Source: Candidatus Hermodarchaeota archaeon
GTDB lineage: Archaea > Asgardarchaeota > Thorarchaeia > Thorarchaeales > Thorarchaeaceae
Reading direction: 5' to 3'
Length of the DNA: 64,000 nucleotides
Assembly: GCA_048885865.1 (NCBI GenBank)
Contig: JBHLLF010000012.1
Location: 274-64,273, forward strand
Below, one piece after another: positions 1-9,487 of the stretch (within the stretch, counting starts at the first letter, position 1; each line of letters opens with the position of its first letter). The notes under the pieces are model-generated. The model saw nothing but the letters and a program-made list of their open reading frames with translations. It was not told where the DNA came from and made no database searches. Both the position numbers and the translations under genes were made by a program.

Positions 1-68
1 ACCAAACGTGTCACTTAGTTGGATTAATATTCCAGACTTATAGGGGTCCACGTAGAGGACTGTTTGGG

Positions 69-2405
69 TTGAAACAACGAGCTGATATCCATGTCACTGG
101 AATTGTCCAGGGTGTTGGATTCAGGCCTTTTATTTATCGAGCTGCAATCAACCTGTCACTGTTAGGCTATGTACTAAACCTCGGAGATGCAGGTGTGCAA
201 ATAGTGGTCGAGGGGGATCGTGAAACAATAGAGAAACTGATTGAACATCTCCAATCAAATCCTCCTTCAATCTCTCGCATTGACTCAGTCAACGTAGAGT
301 GGGATTCGGCAATAGACTCCTTTGACTCATTCTCGATAAGAAAGTCATCAACACGAAGAATTGACGAATCAGCACCAGAAATGCCTCCGGATATTGCTAT
401 CTGTGATGATTGCGTTCTGGACCTGAAGAGTTCAGACTCGCGATGGTATCAGTATCCATTCACGTCATGCGCCGCATGTGGACCAAGATACTCAACTATC
501 ACTCGCCTCCCCTACGACCGTCCCAATACTACAATGGTGGATTTTCCTCTATGTAATGTTTGTAATACAGGTTATACAAGTCCGATGGATCGTAGGTATC
601 ATGCCCAGACAACAGCGTGTGATAGTTGCGGACCAAGATATCTACTCTACGGTGAGGATGGAGAGCTAGTACATGATGTTGACAGTATAGTTCAAGCGGC
701 GCGTCTATTAGAGAAGAATGCAGTTCTAGCTCTACAAGGCATAGGCGGAACACATCTTGTGACAAGGACCTCTGACTATAGACCGATTAGAGTTCTGAGA
801 GAGAGAAAGAACAGGTTTCAACGGCCCTTTGCGATTATGGCCAAGGACGCAGATGCAGTCTTGCGATTCGGCGAACCCACTGAGAATGAAATGCGACTAA
901 TGAGAACTTGGCGAAGACCTATTGTGCTAGTCAGAAAACGTACTGGTTCAACAATTCCCCGAATGTCACTTGATGAAATATCTCCAGGTTTGGACACCTT
1001 AGGCGTCATGCTGCCCTATGCCCCTCTTCATCATCTTCTATTCGAAAAGCTCGAAGAAGAAGCATTGGTAATGACGAGTGCAAATCCTACAGGTGTACCG
1101 ATGTATATCGATCCACAAGTGATTACTACTGAGCTGAATGGGATAGCAGACTACTTCCTGCTACACAATCGCCGGATTCATCAGAGATCGGATGATTCAG
1201 TGATTAAGTTTGTAGGCAGTGACAGTCCAGTGTTCATTCGACGTGCTAGAGGATGTGTGCCTGAACCTTTGACCATTAATTGTGGACCCACATTGAAAGT
1301 CGTTGCAGTAGGACCTGAAGAGAAAGCGACTGGTGCGGTCCTCAAGTCCAAGAAGGTATACATGACACAGCATATCGGCGACACTGACCGTGTTGAGAAC
1401 ATTGACTTCCTCAGAACTAGCATCGACCATCTGATGTTTCTGCTTGGGATTGATGAGGTTGATGCTATTGCATGTGACTTGCATCCAGAGTTTCTGAGCA
1501 CAGAACTGGCTGAGGGATTGTCTTCCAAGACTGATGCTCCATTGATTCGCGTACAACATCATCATGCGCATCTTGCGGGAATACTGGTAGACAACAGCAT
1601 GGACCTTGATACAAGTATTGTTTGTATTACAGCTGATGGCTATGGATACTCTCCTGATGGAGAGGGATGGGGCGGCGACATACTAGTCGGAAATGCAGCA
1701 GAGTTTGTGAGAAAAGGAGGATTGAATCCAAGTCCATTCCCTGGAGGAGATCTCTCGGCAAGGTACGCAGCACGGTCTCTAGTGGGGATTCTTGGGAACA
1801 GACTTCCAATTGAGAGATTCCTACCAACCATATTGGGACGGCCTATTGCATCAAATGAAAATCTGGACGAGCATACACTACCAATCCTACTACAAGCTAT
1901 GACCCAACACATCAATGTTCTACGAAGTACCAGTGTTGGCAGGTTCCTTGATGCTGTGGCAGTTTCATTGGGTGTCTGCTCTGAGAACTCATACGATGGC
2001 GAGTGTCCAATGAAGCTCGAGGCACACTCGACTAACTCAGATCTCAATATCGAGTCAGACTTCATTTCAAATGGCAATGTCATTGAATTGAATCCGGCAG
2101 AATCCCTTAATCAGATTCTAGAACTGATAAGAGAGGGACATTCCACTAACAAGATTGCATATGCTGTGCATCGACATGTTGGCAAGGCACTTGCAGAGAT
2201 GGCCTGCAGAATTGCTGATAACGAAGGCATCAATCATGTCGGATTCTCTGGTGGCGTGGCTTTGAATCGGATTATTACTGAAACACTAGTTGATGTGATT
2301 CGTTCGAAAGGAAAGCAGCCTCTGATACACAGGCATATACCACCTGGAGATGGAGGAATCTCTGCAGGTCAGGTGGCTGTTGCCGCGGCTCGAATGATGA
2401 AATGA
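69..2405 (+). CDS. hypF: Carbamoyltransferase HypF ([NiFe]-hydrogenase maturation)
   Basis: Acylphosphatase N-terminus (GIVQGVGFRPF), two CxxC zinc fingers, YrdC-like domain, HHHAH and GDGGIS motifs. Confidence 0.97.
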   Translation: MKQRADIHVTGIVQGVGFRPFIYRAAINLSLLGYVLNLGDAGVQIVVEGDRETIEKLIEHLQSNPPSISRIDSVNVEWDSAIDSFDSFSIRKSSTRRIDESAPEMPPDIAICDDCVLDLKSSDSRWYQYPFTSCAACGPRYSTITRLPYDRPNTTMVDFPLCNVCNTGYTSPMDRRYHAQTTACDSCGPRYLLYGEDGELVHDVDSIVQAARLLEKNAVLALQGIGGTHLVTRTSDYRPIRVLRERKNRFQRPFAIMAKDADAVLRFGEPTENEMRLMRTWRRPIVLVRKRTGSTIPRMSLDEISPGLDTLGVMLPYAPLHHLLFEKLEEEALVMTSANPTGVPMYIDPQVITTELNGIADYFLLHNRRIHQRSDDSVIKFVGSDSPVFIRRARGCVPEPLTINCGPTLKVVAVGPEEKATGAVLKSKKVYMTQHIGDTDRVENIDFLRTSIDHLMFLLGIDEVDAIACDLHPEFLSTELAEGLSSKTDAPLIRVQHHHAHLAGILVDNSMDLDTSIVCITADGYGYSPDGEGWGGDILVGNAAEFVRKGGLNPSPFPGGDLSARYAARSLVGILGNRLPIERFLPTILGRPIASNENLDEHTLPILLQAMTQHINVLRSTSVGRFLDAVAVSLGVCSENSYDGECPMKLEAHSTNSDLNIESDFISNGNVIELNPAESLNQILELIREGHSTNKIAYAVHRHVGKALAEMACRIADNEGINHVGFSGGVALNRIITETLVDVIRSKGKQPLIHRHIPPGDGGISAGQVAVAAARMMK

Positions 2406-2408
2406 ACA

Positions 2409-3023
2409 CTAAAGCAATGATTCTACAGCTTCCATTCCAAGCTCGAGAGCTTTTACATTAATGGACTCGAACTTCTTTGGGAATGTTGATCGTATTATCT
2501 CAAGTGCTGTCTTCTTCTTAATGGGCGTGATTCCGGTTCCTATAATGCCTCCCAACATCACCATATTCAGTGACATGGAACTTCCTGCCTCTTGGGCCAA
2601 GGCCATTGCATTCACTTCTAGAATTCGATCAGTAAACTTCTTGATGCCACTGATAATTTCCTCATGGTCGGGGTATTCCGCCTCGCCCATCGATACGGCC
2701 ACAGGATATTGAATATGGGAGCTCAGTAGTACACATCCATCCTCTGCAATCGTCTGAATCTCTCTGAGGGTTTCAATTGGTTCAAACCCTACCAGCAAAT
2801 CTGCAGTACCTGGATCGACTATTGGGCCTTTTGCACCATCACCAATCCGAACAGTACAAACAACATGACCTCCACGCTGAGCCATTCCATGAATCTCACC
2901 AACACGGACATTCAACGAGTCTGCAAGTGCTGCCTTTGCCAGAATCTCAGCAAGAGTGAGAACACCTTGACCACCAACACCAGTGATTGCCACATTAATT
3001 GTATTACTTCTATTACCAGTCAC
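2409..3023 (-). CDS. iorB: Indolepyruvate:ferredoxin oxidoreductase beta subunit
   Basis: GVGGQG and EIHGMAQRGG motifs; probable GTG start at 3023 just after the iorA stop. Confidence 0.92.
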   Translation of the reverse strand: MTGNRSNTINVAITGVGGQGVLTLAEILAKAALADSLNVRVGEIHGMAQRGGHVVCTVRIGDGAKGPIVDPGTADLLVGFEPIETLREIQTIAEDGCVLLSSHIQYPVAVSMGEAEYPDHEEIISGIKKFTDRILEVNAMALAQEAGSSMSLNMVMLGGIIGTGITPIKKKTALEIIRSTFPKKFESINVKALELGMEAVESLL

Positions 3024-3025
3024 TT

Positions 3026-4918
3026 CTATGCATCCTCCTGTTTGATTGCACCTTGAGGGCATACAGAAACACAGGTGCCACATAGATTGCACAAGGTTTC
3101 GTCAATCACTGCCTTTTCGGTTTCAGGATCTTGATACATGGCTGGACAGGATAGGCGATTCAGGCATCGCTTGCATGCATTACATAAGTCTTCGTCAACG
3201 TAGTACTTTGGAGGAAATTCGCCGCTTCTTTGTCTATCTGCAGCTGTAAGAAGAGCGCATGGTTCTATTGACACCATCACAGCTGGCGCCTGATTCTCTC
3301 TGACCCATGTCACCATTTCCCTGATTTCCGCGACAATGGTCGCCATGGAATCGAATGGTTGTATGGTCTTGACATATTTCACGCCAAGTCCTTTACAGAC
3401 CTCTGCGATATTCAGCGGTTCAACATGCTCTTGCATTCCAGTGACTCCAGTACCAGGATGTGGCTGGTGTCCGGTCATTGCCGTAGTTCTGTTATCGAGA
3501 ACTACTAAACTGATTGGGTGGTTATTGTATACTGCATTGGCAATGCCAGCAAGACCGGATGCAAAGAATGTGCTGTCACCGATTGTAGCCACAACATCTT
3601 GACCTGTCACACGAGCAATCCCGCAAGCTGTAGTTATTGAGGATCCCATGTCGAAAAGAATGTCAGCAGTTTCGAGGGGTGGTGCTATGCTTAGAGTGTA
3701 GCAGCCTATATCTGATGGATAGATTGCTTTACCGCGTGTAGCGGTACGGATTGCATAGTAAGTTGCTCTATGAGGGCACCCCGCACAGAGAAGAGGAGGT
3801 CGTGGAGGTAGTTCAGGGAGCTCCTCTGTCTTCTTGTCTATCTCTTCCCAGTTAATACTTGTATTACGATTAATAATCTTGGATAGTGCTGTAATCACAA
3901 TCCGCGGGGTGTACTCAAAAATACGTGGGAAGTGGCCTTGGTCTTTCCCAAGAATCTCTACAGAAATTTCATTGATTTGAGCAATTCTTCTTGCATGAGT
4001 TTCCAAAAATGGTTCTAGCTCCTCAATGATTACAACTCTCTCATGGCGTTTGAGGAACTCCGCAATCATTCTTTCAGGTACCGGATGGGTCATGCCAAGT
4101 TTGAGGACCTCTGCAGGAAGTTCCATTGATTCAAGAGCTTCAACGACATAGTTGTATGACACGCCACTTGTGATAATTCCAAGATCTCCCTCACCTTGAG
4201 TAAAATTGAGAGGGGTTGACTCAGAAATCTCCATCGCTTTCTTGATAGTTTCCAGTAGAATCGGATGACGTCTTCTCGCAACGGTTGGCATTGGAACGAA
4301 CCGATATGGGTCCTTTTCGAACTCTATTGTGGTTGGAGGTTTCCTGATCTTACCAAATTCCACCGGAGCTCTGGTATGATTGACACGAGTGGTAGTCCTG
4401 AATAATACTGGGAGCTCCAATTTCTCAGAAATCTCATATGCCTCAAGGAGCATTGACTTAGCTTCAGCAGGATCAGCCGGCTCGACCATTGGCATATTGC
4501 CCATTAGTGCATAGTACCGGCTATCGTTCTCATTCTGGGAGCTCCACATACTGGGATCATCCGCTACAACGATGACCATACCCCCACGAACCCCGACATA
4601 AGCCAATGAAAAGAAAGGATCAGCTGCAACATTGAGACCTGGTCCCTTGCAGACCATCATCGAACGCACACCTGTTACTGCTGCCGCACCGGCAACTTCC
4701 AGGGCGACCTTCTCATTGGCACTGAACTCGAAGTAGAAATTCGGCATTTGAGGTGCCATGAATGTAAGATTATTCCCAATCTCACTACTTGGAGTGCCTG
4801 GATAGAGTGCGACAAGTCGTACCCCTGCTTCAAGAACACCTCTAGCAATAGCCTCATTGGCAAGAAGAAGAACTCTCTTTCCTATTTTGTCTTCTAGTAG
4901 TTCCTTGGGTTTGGTCAA
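3026..4918 (-). CDS. iorA: Indolepyruvate:ferredoxin oxidoreductase alpha subunit
   Basis: YPGTPSSEI, NEKVALE, LCAGCPHR, TPP motif GDSTF, C-terminal 2x[4Fe-4S] ferredoxin cysteines. Confidence 0.95.
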   Translation of the reverse strand: MTKPKELLEDKIGKRVLLLANEAIARGVLEAGVRLVALYPGTPSSEIGNNLTFMAPQMPNFYFEFSANEKVALEVAGAAAVTGVRSMMVCKGPGLNVAADPFFSLAYVGVRGGMVIVVADDPSMWSSQNENDSRYYALMGNMPMVEPADPAEAKSMLLEAYEISEKLELPVLFRTTTRVNHTRAPVEFGKIRKPPTTIEFEKDPYRFVPMPTVARRRHPILLETIKKAMEISESTPLNFTQGEGDLGIITSGVSYNYVVEALESMELPAEVLKLGMTHPVPERMIAEFLKRHERVVIIEELEPFLETHARRIAQINEISVEILGKDQGHFPRIFEYTPRIVITALSKIINRNTSINWEEIDKKTEELPELPPRPPLLCAGCPHRATYYAIRTATRGKAIYPSDIGCYTLSIAPPLETADILFDMGSSITTACGIARVTGQDVVATIGDSTFFASGLAGIANAVYNNHPISLVVLDNRTTAMTGHQPHPGTGVTGMQEHVEPLNIAEVCKGLGVKYVKTIQPFDSMATIVAEIREMVTWVRENQAPAVMVSIEPCALLTAADRQRSGEFPPKYYVDEDLCNACKRCLNRLSCPAMYQDPETEKAVIDETLCNLCGTCVSVCPQGAIKQEDA

Positions 4919-5058
4919 TCATCTGGCCTCCGATCTGCATAAATGACAAGGACGAGTCGTCCGGAGGTAATTTGGTCTATCAACCTTGTGGTATTGGAAG
5001 CTGTGACCACAGACTTCCGTAATACAAATAATACAATTTGGCGAATGGTTTCACTAGA

Positions 5059-5076
5059 TTGGAACACGTGTTCTAA
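5059..5076. repeat. Palindromic motif TTGGAACACGTGTTCTAA, copy 1
   Basis: Near-perfect palindrome recurring at 5291, 14386 and 39274, all intergenic. Confidence 0.85.
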
Positions 5077-5116
5077 CATATTAATATACCCTATATCCAG
5101 ATATTATGGTCTGGCA

Positions 5117-5137
5117 CCCCTTCATTTCCACTGGAAC
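5117..5137 (-). promoter_or_regulatory. ORB (origin recognition box) GTTCCAGTGGAAATGAAGGGG
   Basis: Matches the archaeal ORB consensus TTCCAGTGGAAA plus G-string. Confidence 0.75.
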
Positions 5138-5258
5138 TGATAAAATGGAAGGATCAAGAGCGGTGAAAAAATGATGATGATAAAATGGAGATGAATGCGA
5201 GCTCTGCAAACCGATATTTATATTTACCTTTTTCGAAAAGTATCGAAACTTTCAAAAG

Positions 5259-5279
5259 TTTCTAATGGAAATCAAGGGG
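5259..5279 (+). promoter_or_regulatory. Degenerate ORB TTTCTAATGGAAATCAAGGGG
   Basis: Same length and TGGAAA..AAGGGGT tail as the boxes at 5117 and 9322. Confidence 0.6.
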
Positions 5280-5290
5280 TGTGTTAGGTC

Positions 5291-5308
5291 TTGGAACACG
5301 TGTTCTAA
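5291..5308. repeat. Palindromic motif TTGGAACACGTGTTCTAA, copy 2
   Basis: Identical to copy 1. Confidence 0.85.
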
Positions 5309-5311
5309 TCA

Positions 5312-5596
5312 TCAGACTTCTCTCACGACTTCAAAGACTCTAGCCTTCAATATGTCAGAATAGGATGCAAAAAGTGAATCAAAGAGAGATCTATACTCTC
5401 CTGGTACCAATATTGCCGAGTCAGCTACTGCATATGCTCCTGATGTATCGATAAGGCCGGGTTTCCTTTTCTGTCTAATCCCAGACTTAGTTTTCCAAGT
5501 GTAGGAATATCCATAGAGCTCCTTTGTAAATGAAACACGTCGAGCATTGGTTTCACGAGCGCGCCGACAATCATACAAATAGAGGAAAAATGGCAT
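5312..5596 (-). CDS. Small protein, possible Cas2/VapD-like ferredoxin fold
   Basis: ATG at 5596 gives MPFFLYLYD...NARRVSFTKELYGY...ADSAILVP, resembling the Cas2 YD..RR..L..G..Q.S pattern. Confidence 0.5.
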   Translation of the reverse strand: MPFFLYLYDCRRARETNARRVSFTKELYGYSYTWKTKSGIRQKRKPGLIDTSGAYAVADSAILVPGEYRSLFDSLFASYSDILKARVFEVVREV

Positions 5597-5716
5597 AAAA
5601 TTGGAACACATGGTCACATTTTCAGCCTTAGTAATACAAAATGGGTCCAAGATGGAAAGGTTAATGCTGATGAAGTGTTCCACGCGGGATGTCTGCAGCC
5701 AGGCAGGAGCTCACAA

Positions 5717-7033
5717 ATGAACATCATCGGCCTACGAAGTGAAGAAAAGCCATTCGAGTCAAGAGTACCTCTGGTACCCAAACATATTGCAGATCTTTCA
5801 GAGCAGTATAACATTCGATTTGCTGTCGAGCCTAGTGATCAACGTACCTTTGCCGCCCAAGATTTCACTGCAGTAGGGGCAGAGGTCAAGCCTTTGAAAG
5901 GCAGTGACGTACCTGTGATTCTAGGAATCAAGGAGATGCCAATCAACTTCTTCGAAAAAGGGAAAGTGTATGTCTTCTTCAGTCATACAATCAAGGGACA
6001 AGAAGACAACATGGACATGCTCCAACAGATTATCGATGTGGGTGCGACATTGATAGATTATGAGCGTGTCATCGATGAGAAAGGCAGACGATTAATCTTC
6101 TTTGGAAACTGGGCTGGAATGGCCGGGATTTCAGACACATTTAGAGTCTTAGGGAAACGATTGGATTGCAAAGGAATCACGCCCAATCCTTTTGCTGGTA
6201 TGAAACCCACTCTAGAATGCAAAGATCTCTCAGAACTCAGAGAACAATTTGAAGCACTTGGTGAGAGAATAACGAATATGGGTCTGCCAGAGAACATGAT
6301 CCCCTTTGTGGTCGGATTTGCTGGATATGGAAATGTTTCACGCGGCGCACAAAAGATGTTCGATATCTTGCCCTATGAAGAGGTGGAACCGCCTCAGCTA
6401 TCCAAGATATCAAGTCCAAAATCAAACATCTTGTACAAATGTGTCTTCAAGGAGGAACACATGGTTGAATCAAAGGAGCAAGGGGTTGAGTTTGATCTTC
6501 AGGACTACTACAAGCATGGTGGTGCAAAATACCACGGAGTCTTTTCCAAGTATATCCCCTACATGCCAGTTGTTCTGAACTGCATCTATTGGACCGAGAA
6601 GTATCCCCGTCTGATAACAAAGGACTTCATCAAAAAACACTGGAAAGACAAGAATAGGCGGCTTGAGGTTGTTGGTGATATCTCCTGCGACGTCGATGGT
6701 GCCATTGAGTTCACAGTCAAAACAGCCAATCCTGGAAGTCCTGCCTTCACCTACCTAGTGGAAGAAGATAGAGCAGAAGTCGGTGTAGAAGGAGAGGGAC
6801 CGGTGGTGATGGCTGTTGACAATCTTCCCTCTGAACTTCCACGGGAATCATCAACTTCGTTTAGCGAAACCCTTTTGGACTACATACCTGCGCTGGCGAA
6901 GGCAGATTTCACAGTTCCGTTTGAGAACCTCGAACTGCCTAGGGAGCTCAAGGATGCCGTGATTGTGTATCAAGGAGAACTGACGAAAGATTACGAGTAT
7001 TTGAAAGAACATCTATCAGGTGAGGAGAGATAG
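5717..7033 (+). CDS. Lysine-ketoglutarate reductase / saccharopine dehydrogenase (AASS LKR-domain-like)
   Basis: ESRVPLVP, FFSHTIKGQ, IDYE, GYGNVSRGA, DISCD and AVDNLPSELP motifs; start MNIIG at 5717 after GGAG. Confidence 0.85.
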   Translation: MNIIGLRSEEKPFESRVPLVPKHIADLSEQYNIRFAVEPSDQRTFAAQDFTAVGAEVKPLKGSDVPVILGIKEMPINFFEKGKVYVFFSHTIKGQEDNMDMLQQIIDVGATLIDYERVIDEKGRRLIFFGNWAGMAGISDTFRVLGKRLDCKGITPNPFAGMKPTLECKDLSELREQFEALGERITNMGLPENMIPFVVGFAGYGNVSRGAQKMFDILPYEEVEPPQLSKISSPKSNILYKCVFKEEHMVESKEQGVEFDLQDYYKHGGAKYHGVFSKYIPYMPVVLNCIYWTEKYPRLITKDFIKKHWKDKNRRLEVVGDISCDVDGAIEFTVKTANPGSPAFTYLVEEDRAEVGVEGEGPVVMAVDNLPSELPRESSTSFSETLLDYIPALAKADFTVPFENLELPRELKDAVIVYQGELTKDYEYLKEHLSGEER

Positions 7034-7035
7034 CA

Positions 7036-8355
7036 ATGAAGAAAGTGCTTTGTCTAGGTGCAGGCCTCGTAGCCCGCCCATATGTCCAATATCTGAGTGA
7101 TCACGGCTTTCATGTTGTGGTCGCCAGCAGAACCAAGAGTAAAGCAGAACGATTGATTGAGGATTGCGAGAATGCTGAGGCTGTCGCTTTCAACATAAAG
7201 ACAGATGACGACCTTCTTGACGAATTGACCTCGCAATCTGATTTGATCTGTTCTCTTCTGCCTTACACCTATCATGTGAAAGCGGCTAAGGTAGCAATCA
7301 AGTACAAGAAACCATTCTGTACAACTTCCTACATCTCAGATGAGATGAAAGCACTGGATGAAGAAGCCAGAGATGCGGGAATCCTAATTCTAAATGAATG
7401 TGGAGTAGATCCAGGCATTGATCACATGAGTGCAATGCAAATTATTGACCATGTTCACAGTCAAGGTGGAGAAATCGCCAGCTTCACATCCTTTACCGGA
7501 GGTCTACCAGCTCCAGATGCTAACGACAACCCATTCGGGTACAAGCTCTCCTGGAGCCCACGGGGTGTTCTTCTCGCTGGTCGCAATGACGCTCAATTCC
7601 TGCTTGATGGGAAAGTGGTCAAGATTCCAGGTCCTGAACTATTTGACCACTACAAGATAATGGAAGTGCCCGGGATGGGGAAGTTCGAAGGCTATCCCAA
7701 TCGTGACAGCATGCCTTTCATAGACTATTACGGCATTCAAGAAACCAAGACCATGCAGAGAGGCACTTACAGGAACTTGGGTTGGTGTGAAACGCTCAAG
7801 AAAGTAGCGGACCTCGGTCTCTTGTCCATTGAAGAGCGAAACTTCGGTGGAATGACATATGCTGAGATGATGAGGGAGTTGACCAATGCAGAAAGCTCTG
7901 AGTCTCCGATAGATACTACAGCAAGGACGATTGGTCTCATGAGCGATGACTCAATAATGCAGCGTCTTGAGTGGCTGGGGCTTTTCAGCGACCAAGAGAT
8001 TCCTTCCGATGTCACAACATATCTCGATTCTGTCTGCTATCTGTTTGAGCAGAAGCTACAGTATGCTCCTGGTGAACGTGATATGATTGTCATGCACCAC
8101 GAGTTCATCGCAGAATATCCTGACCGAAAAGAGAAGATCACCTCCACAATGATTGACTACGGCATACCCAATGGCGATTCCTCCATGTCTAGAACAGTTG
8201 CACTTCCTGTGGCAATTGCCAGCAGGATGATTCTTGAGGGATCTATAGACTTGGTTGGAGTCCACAGACCAGTCATGCCAGAAGTCTATGAACCAATTCT
8301 AAAGGAATTGGAAACGCTGGACATCAAATTAGAGGAGAATACTGTCAAAATATAG
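7036..8355 (+). CDS. Saccharopine dehydrogenase, glutamate-forming (Lys9/AASS SDH-like)
   Basis: GAGLVARP, TTSY, ECGVDPGIDHM, YKLSWSPRG, YPNRDS and SSMSRTV motifs. Confidence 0.92.
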   Translation: MKKVLCLGAGLVARPYVQYLSDHGFHVVVASRTKSKAERLIEDCENAEAVAFNIKTDDDLLDELTSQSDLICSLLPYTYHVKAAKVAIKYKKPFCTTSYISDEMKALDEEARDAGILILNECGVDPGIDHMSAMQIIDHVHSQGGEIASFTSFTGGLPAPDANDNPFGYKLSWSPRGVLLAGRNDAQFLLDGKVVKIPGPELFDHYKIMEVPGMGKFEGYPNRDSMPFIDYYGIQETKTMQRGTYRNLGWCETLKKVADLGLLSIEERNFGGMTYAEMMRELTNAESSESPIDTTARTIGLMSDDSIMQRLEWLGLFSDQEIPSDVTTYLDSVCYLFEQKLQYAPGERDMIVMHHEFIAEYPDRKEKITSTMIDYGIPNGDSSMSRTVALPVAIASRMILEGSIDLVGVHRPVMPEVYEPILKELETLDIKLEENTVKI

Positions 8356-8377
8356 AGAACCACTAAAGAGAGCCGTT

Positions 8378-9013
8378 CTATTTACCAACGCGTATCTGAA
8401 TCGATGCAAGGATATCCTCGGCTCTCTCAGTTTCCTTTTGAACTTCTGTCATTTCCGTCTTGAGCCTATATGTGTAGCCAGAACGATTGCCATAGCGTTC
8501 CAGATGTCCCTTACCATCATTCCACATTCTGGCTAAGTATGTAGATGCAGTACTTTTTGGTAAGTCTTCATTGAATGTTGCTTCAAATATCTCGGCAACA
8601 TCAAGTGAGGAGAACTTGCCATGTTTGAATGACGCGTAAATCACTATATGCATCTTCTCAAAGCTACTCATCGACTCATAGCTGACTTCTTCAAACTCAA
8701 CCTCGACATCTTCTTTTTCAGTGACAAACAGGATACCTGTGCTTGCTTCCAAGAAGACTCGGAACTTCTCAATCATTTCCTTTACGCTACCACCCTCGAC
8801 TTCAAAGCTAGACTCTTCTCTTTTTGACTCATCAATTATCACTATCTTGAAATCAAAGGGCTCATCAGTCAGGGACAGAATTCTCTGGAACCTAGTCAAC
8901 GCTTCATCAGGTCTGACATACTTACACTGGAATACCTCTCGAAGTCCTGGTCCTGAGTTATACGTGAACCGATAGACATAGTTCGTACGATCTTCAGACT
9001 TCAAGTATTCCAC
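8378..9013 (-). CDS. Hypothetical protein with C-terminal winged-helix domain
   Basis: FSSLDVAEIFE...KSTASTYLARM...LERYG..YTYRL wHTH-like pattern. Confidence 0.65.
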   Translation of the reverse strand: MEYLKSEDRTNYVYRFTYNSGPGLREVFQCKYVRPDEALTRFQRILSLTDEPFDFKIVIIDESKREESSFEVEGGSVKEMIEKFRVFLEASTGILFVTEKEDVEVEFEEVSYESMSSFEKMHIVIYASFKHGKFSSLDVAEIFEATFNEDLPKSTASTYLARMWNDGKGHLERYGNRSGYTYRLKTEMTEVQKETERAEDILASIQIRVGK

Positions 9014-9321
9014 CTAGACCTGTATTTGGGTAGCTCATACCCATTTCAATATTCACACCGGATAACAGCCCGCGACCAAATAAGTGTGAGTATGTGAATT
9101 AGCAATACTGAGATAACGGCGGCATAATGCGTCTATACGTATTCAGAATACGTCCATGTTGATATCGATGTGCTGGCAGCTTGTACGGTCGATTTTAGAG
9201 AAAAGAAGCGTTATGAATCCTTATTTTTTGAAAAGAAGCGAATTCTTCAAACCTTCTGCTATTCACTAGAATATGTGCTTTGTGAATGAGTCGATTAGTA
9301 TTTCATATCTCTTTTTGTCCT

Positions 9322-9342
9322 GTTCCACTGGAAACCAAGGGG
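9322..9342 (+). promoter_or_regulatory. ORB-like box GTTCCACTGGAAACCAAGGGG
   Basis: ORB consensus match in a 474-bp AT-rich intergenic region. Confidence 0.7.
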
Positions 9343-9487
9343 TGGCTTCATTCACACACCTAAGAAGGCCTATGAGCTCTTCTTCCATTGACTAAAGCTG
9401 TTAAAAGGCTCTTTCGTAAGAACTATTCACAAAAAGGGCGCCATTCACAGATAGTCACTGTGAAAACCTGTTAATGAAGTGAACATG

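Larger units (their letters stand above)
5117..5279. other. Candidate replication origin (inverted ORBs flanking an AT-rich spacer)
   Basis: Two oppositely oriented ORB-like boxes about 120 bp apart; the AT-rich spacer contains TGATAAAATGGA twice and the inverted repeat GAAACTTT-CA-AAAGTTTC. Confidence 0.6.

Noticed and set aside
4943-5140. 65-aa ORF in the origin-like region
   Set aside because: Runs across the palindrome and ORB with no coding features
5059-5308. Two identical 18-mers next to a Cas2-like ORF as a mini CRISPR array
   Set aside because: Repeat too short, spacing over 200 bp, copies dispersed elsewhere, and no cas1
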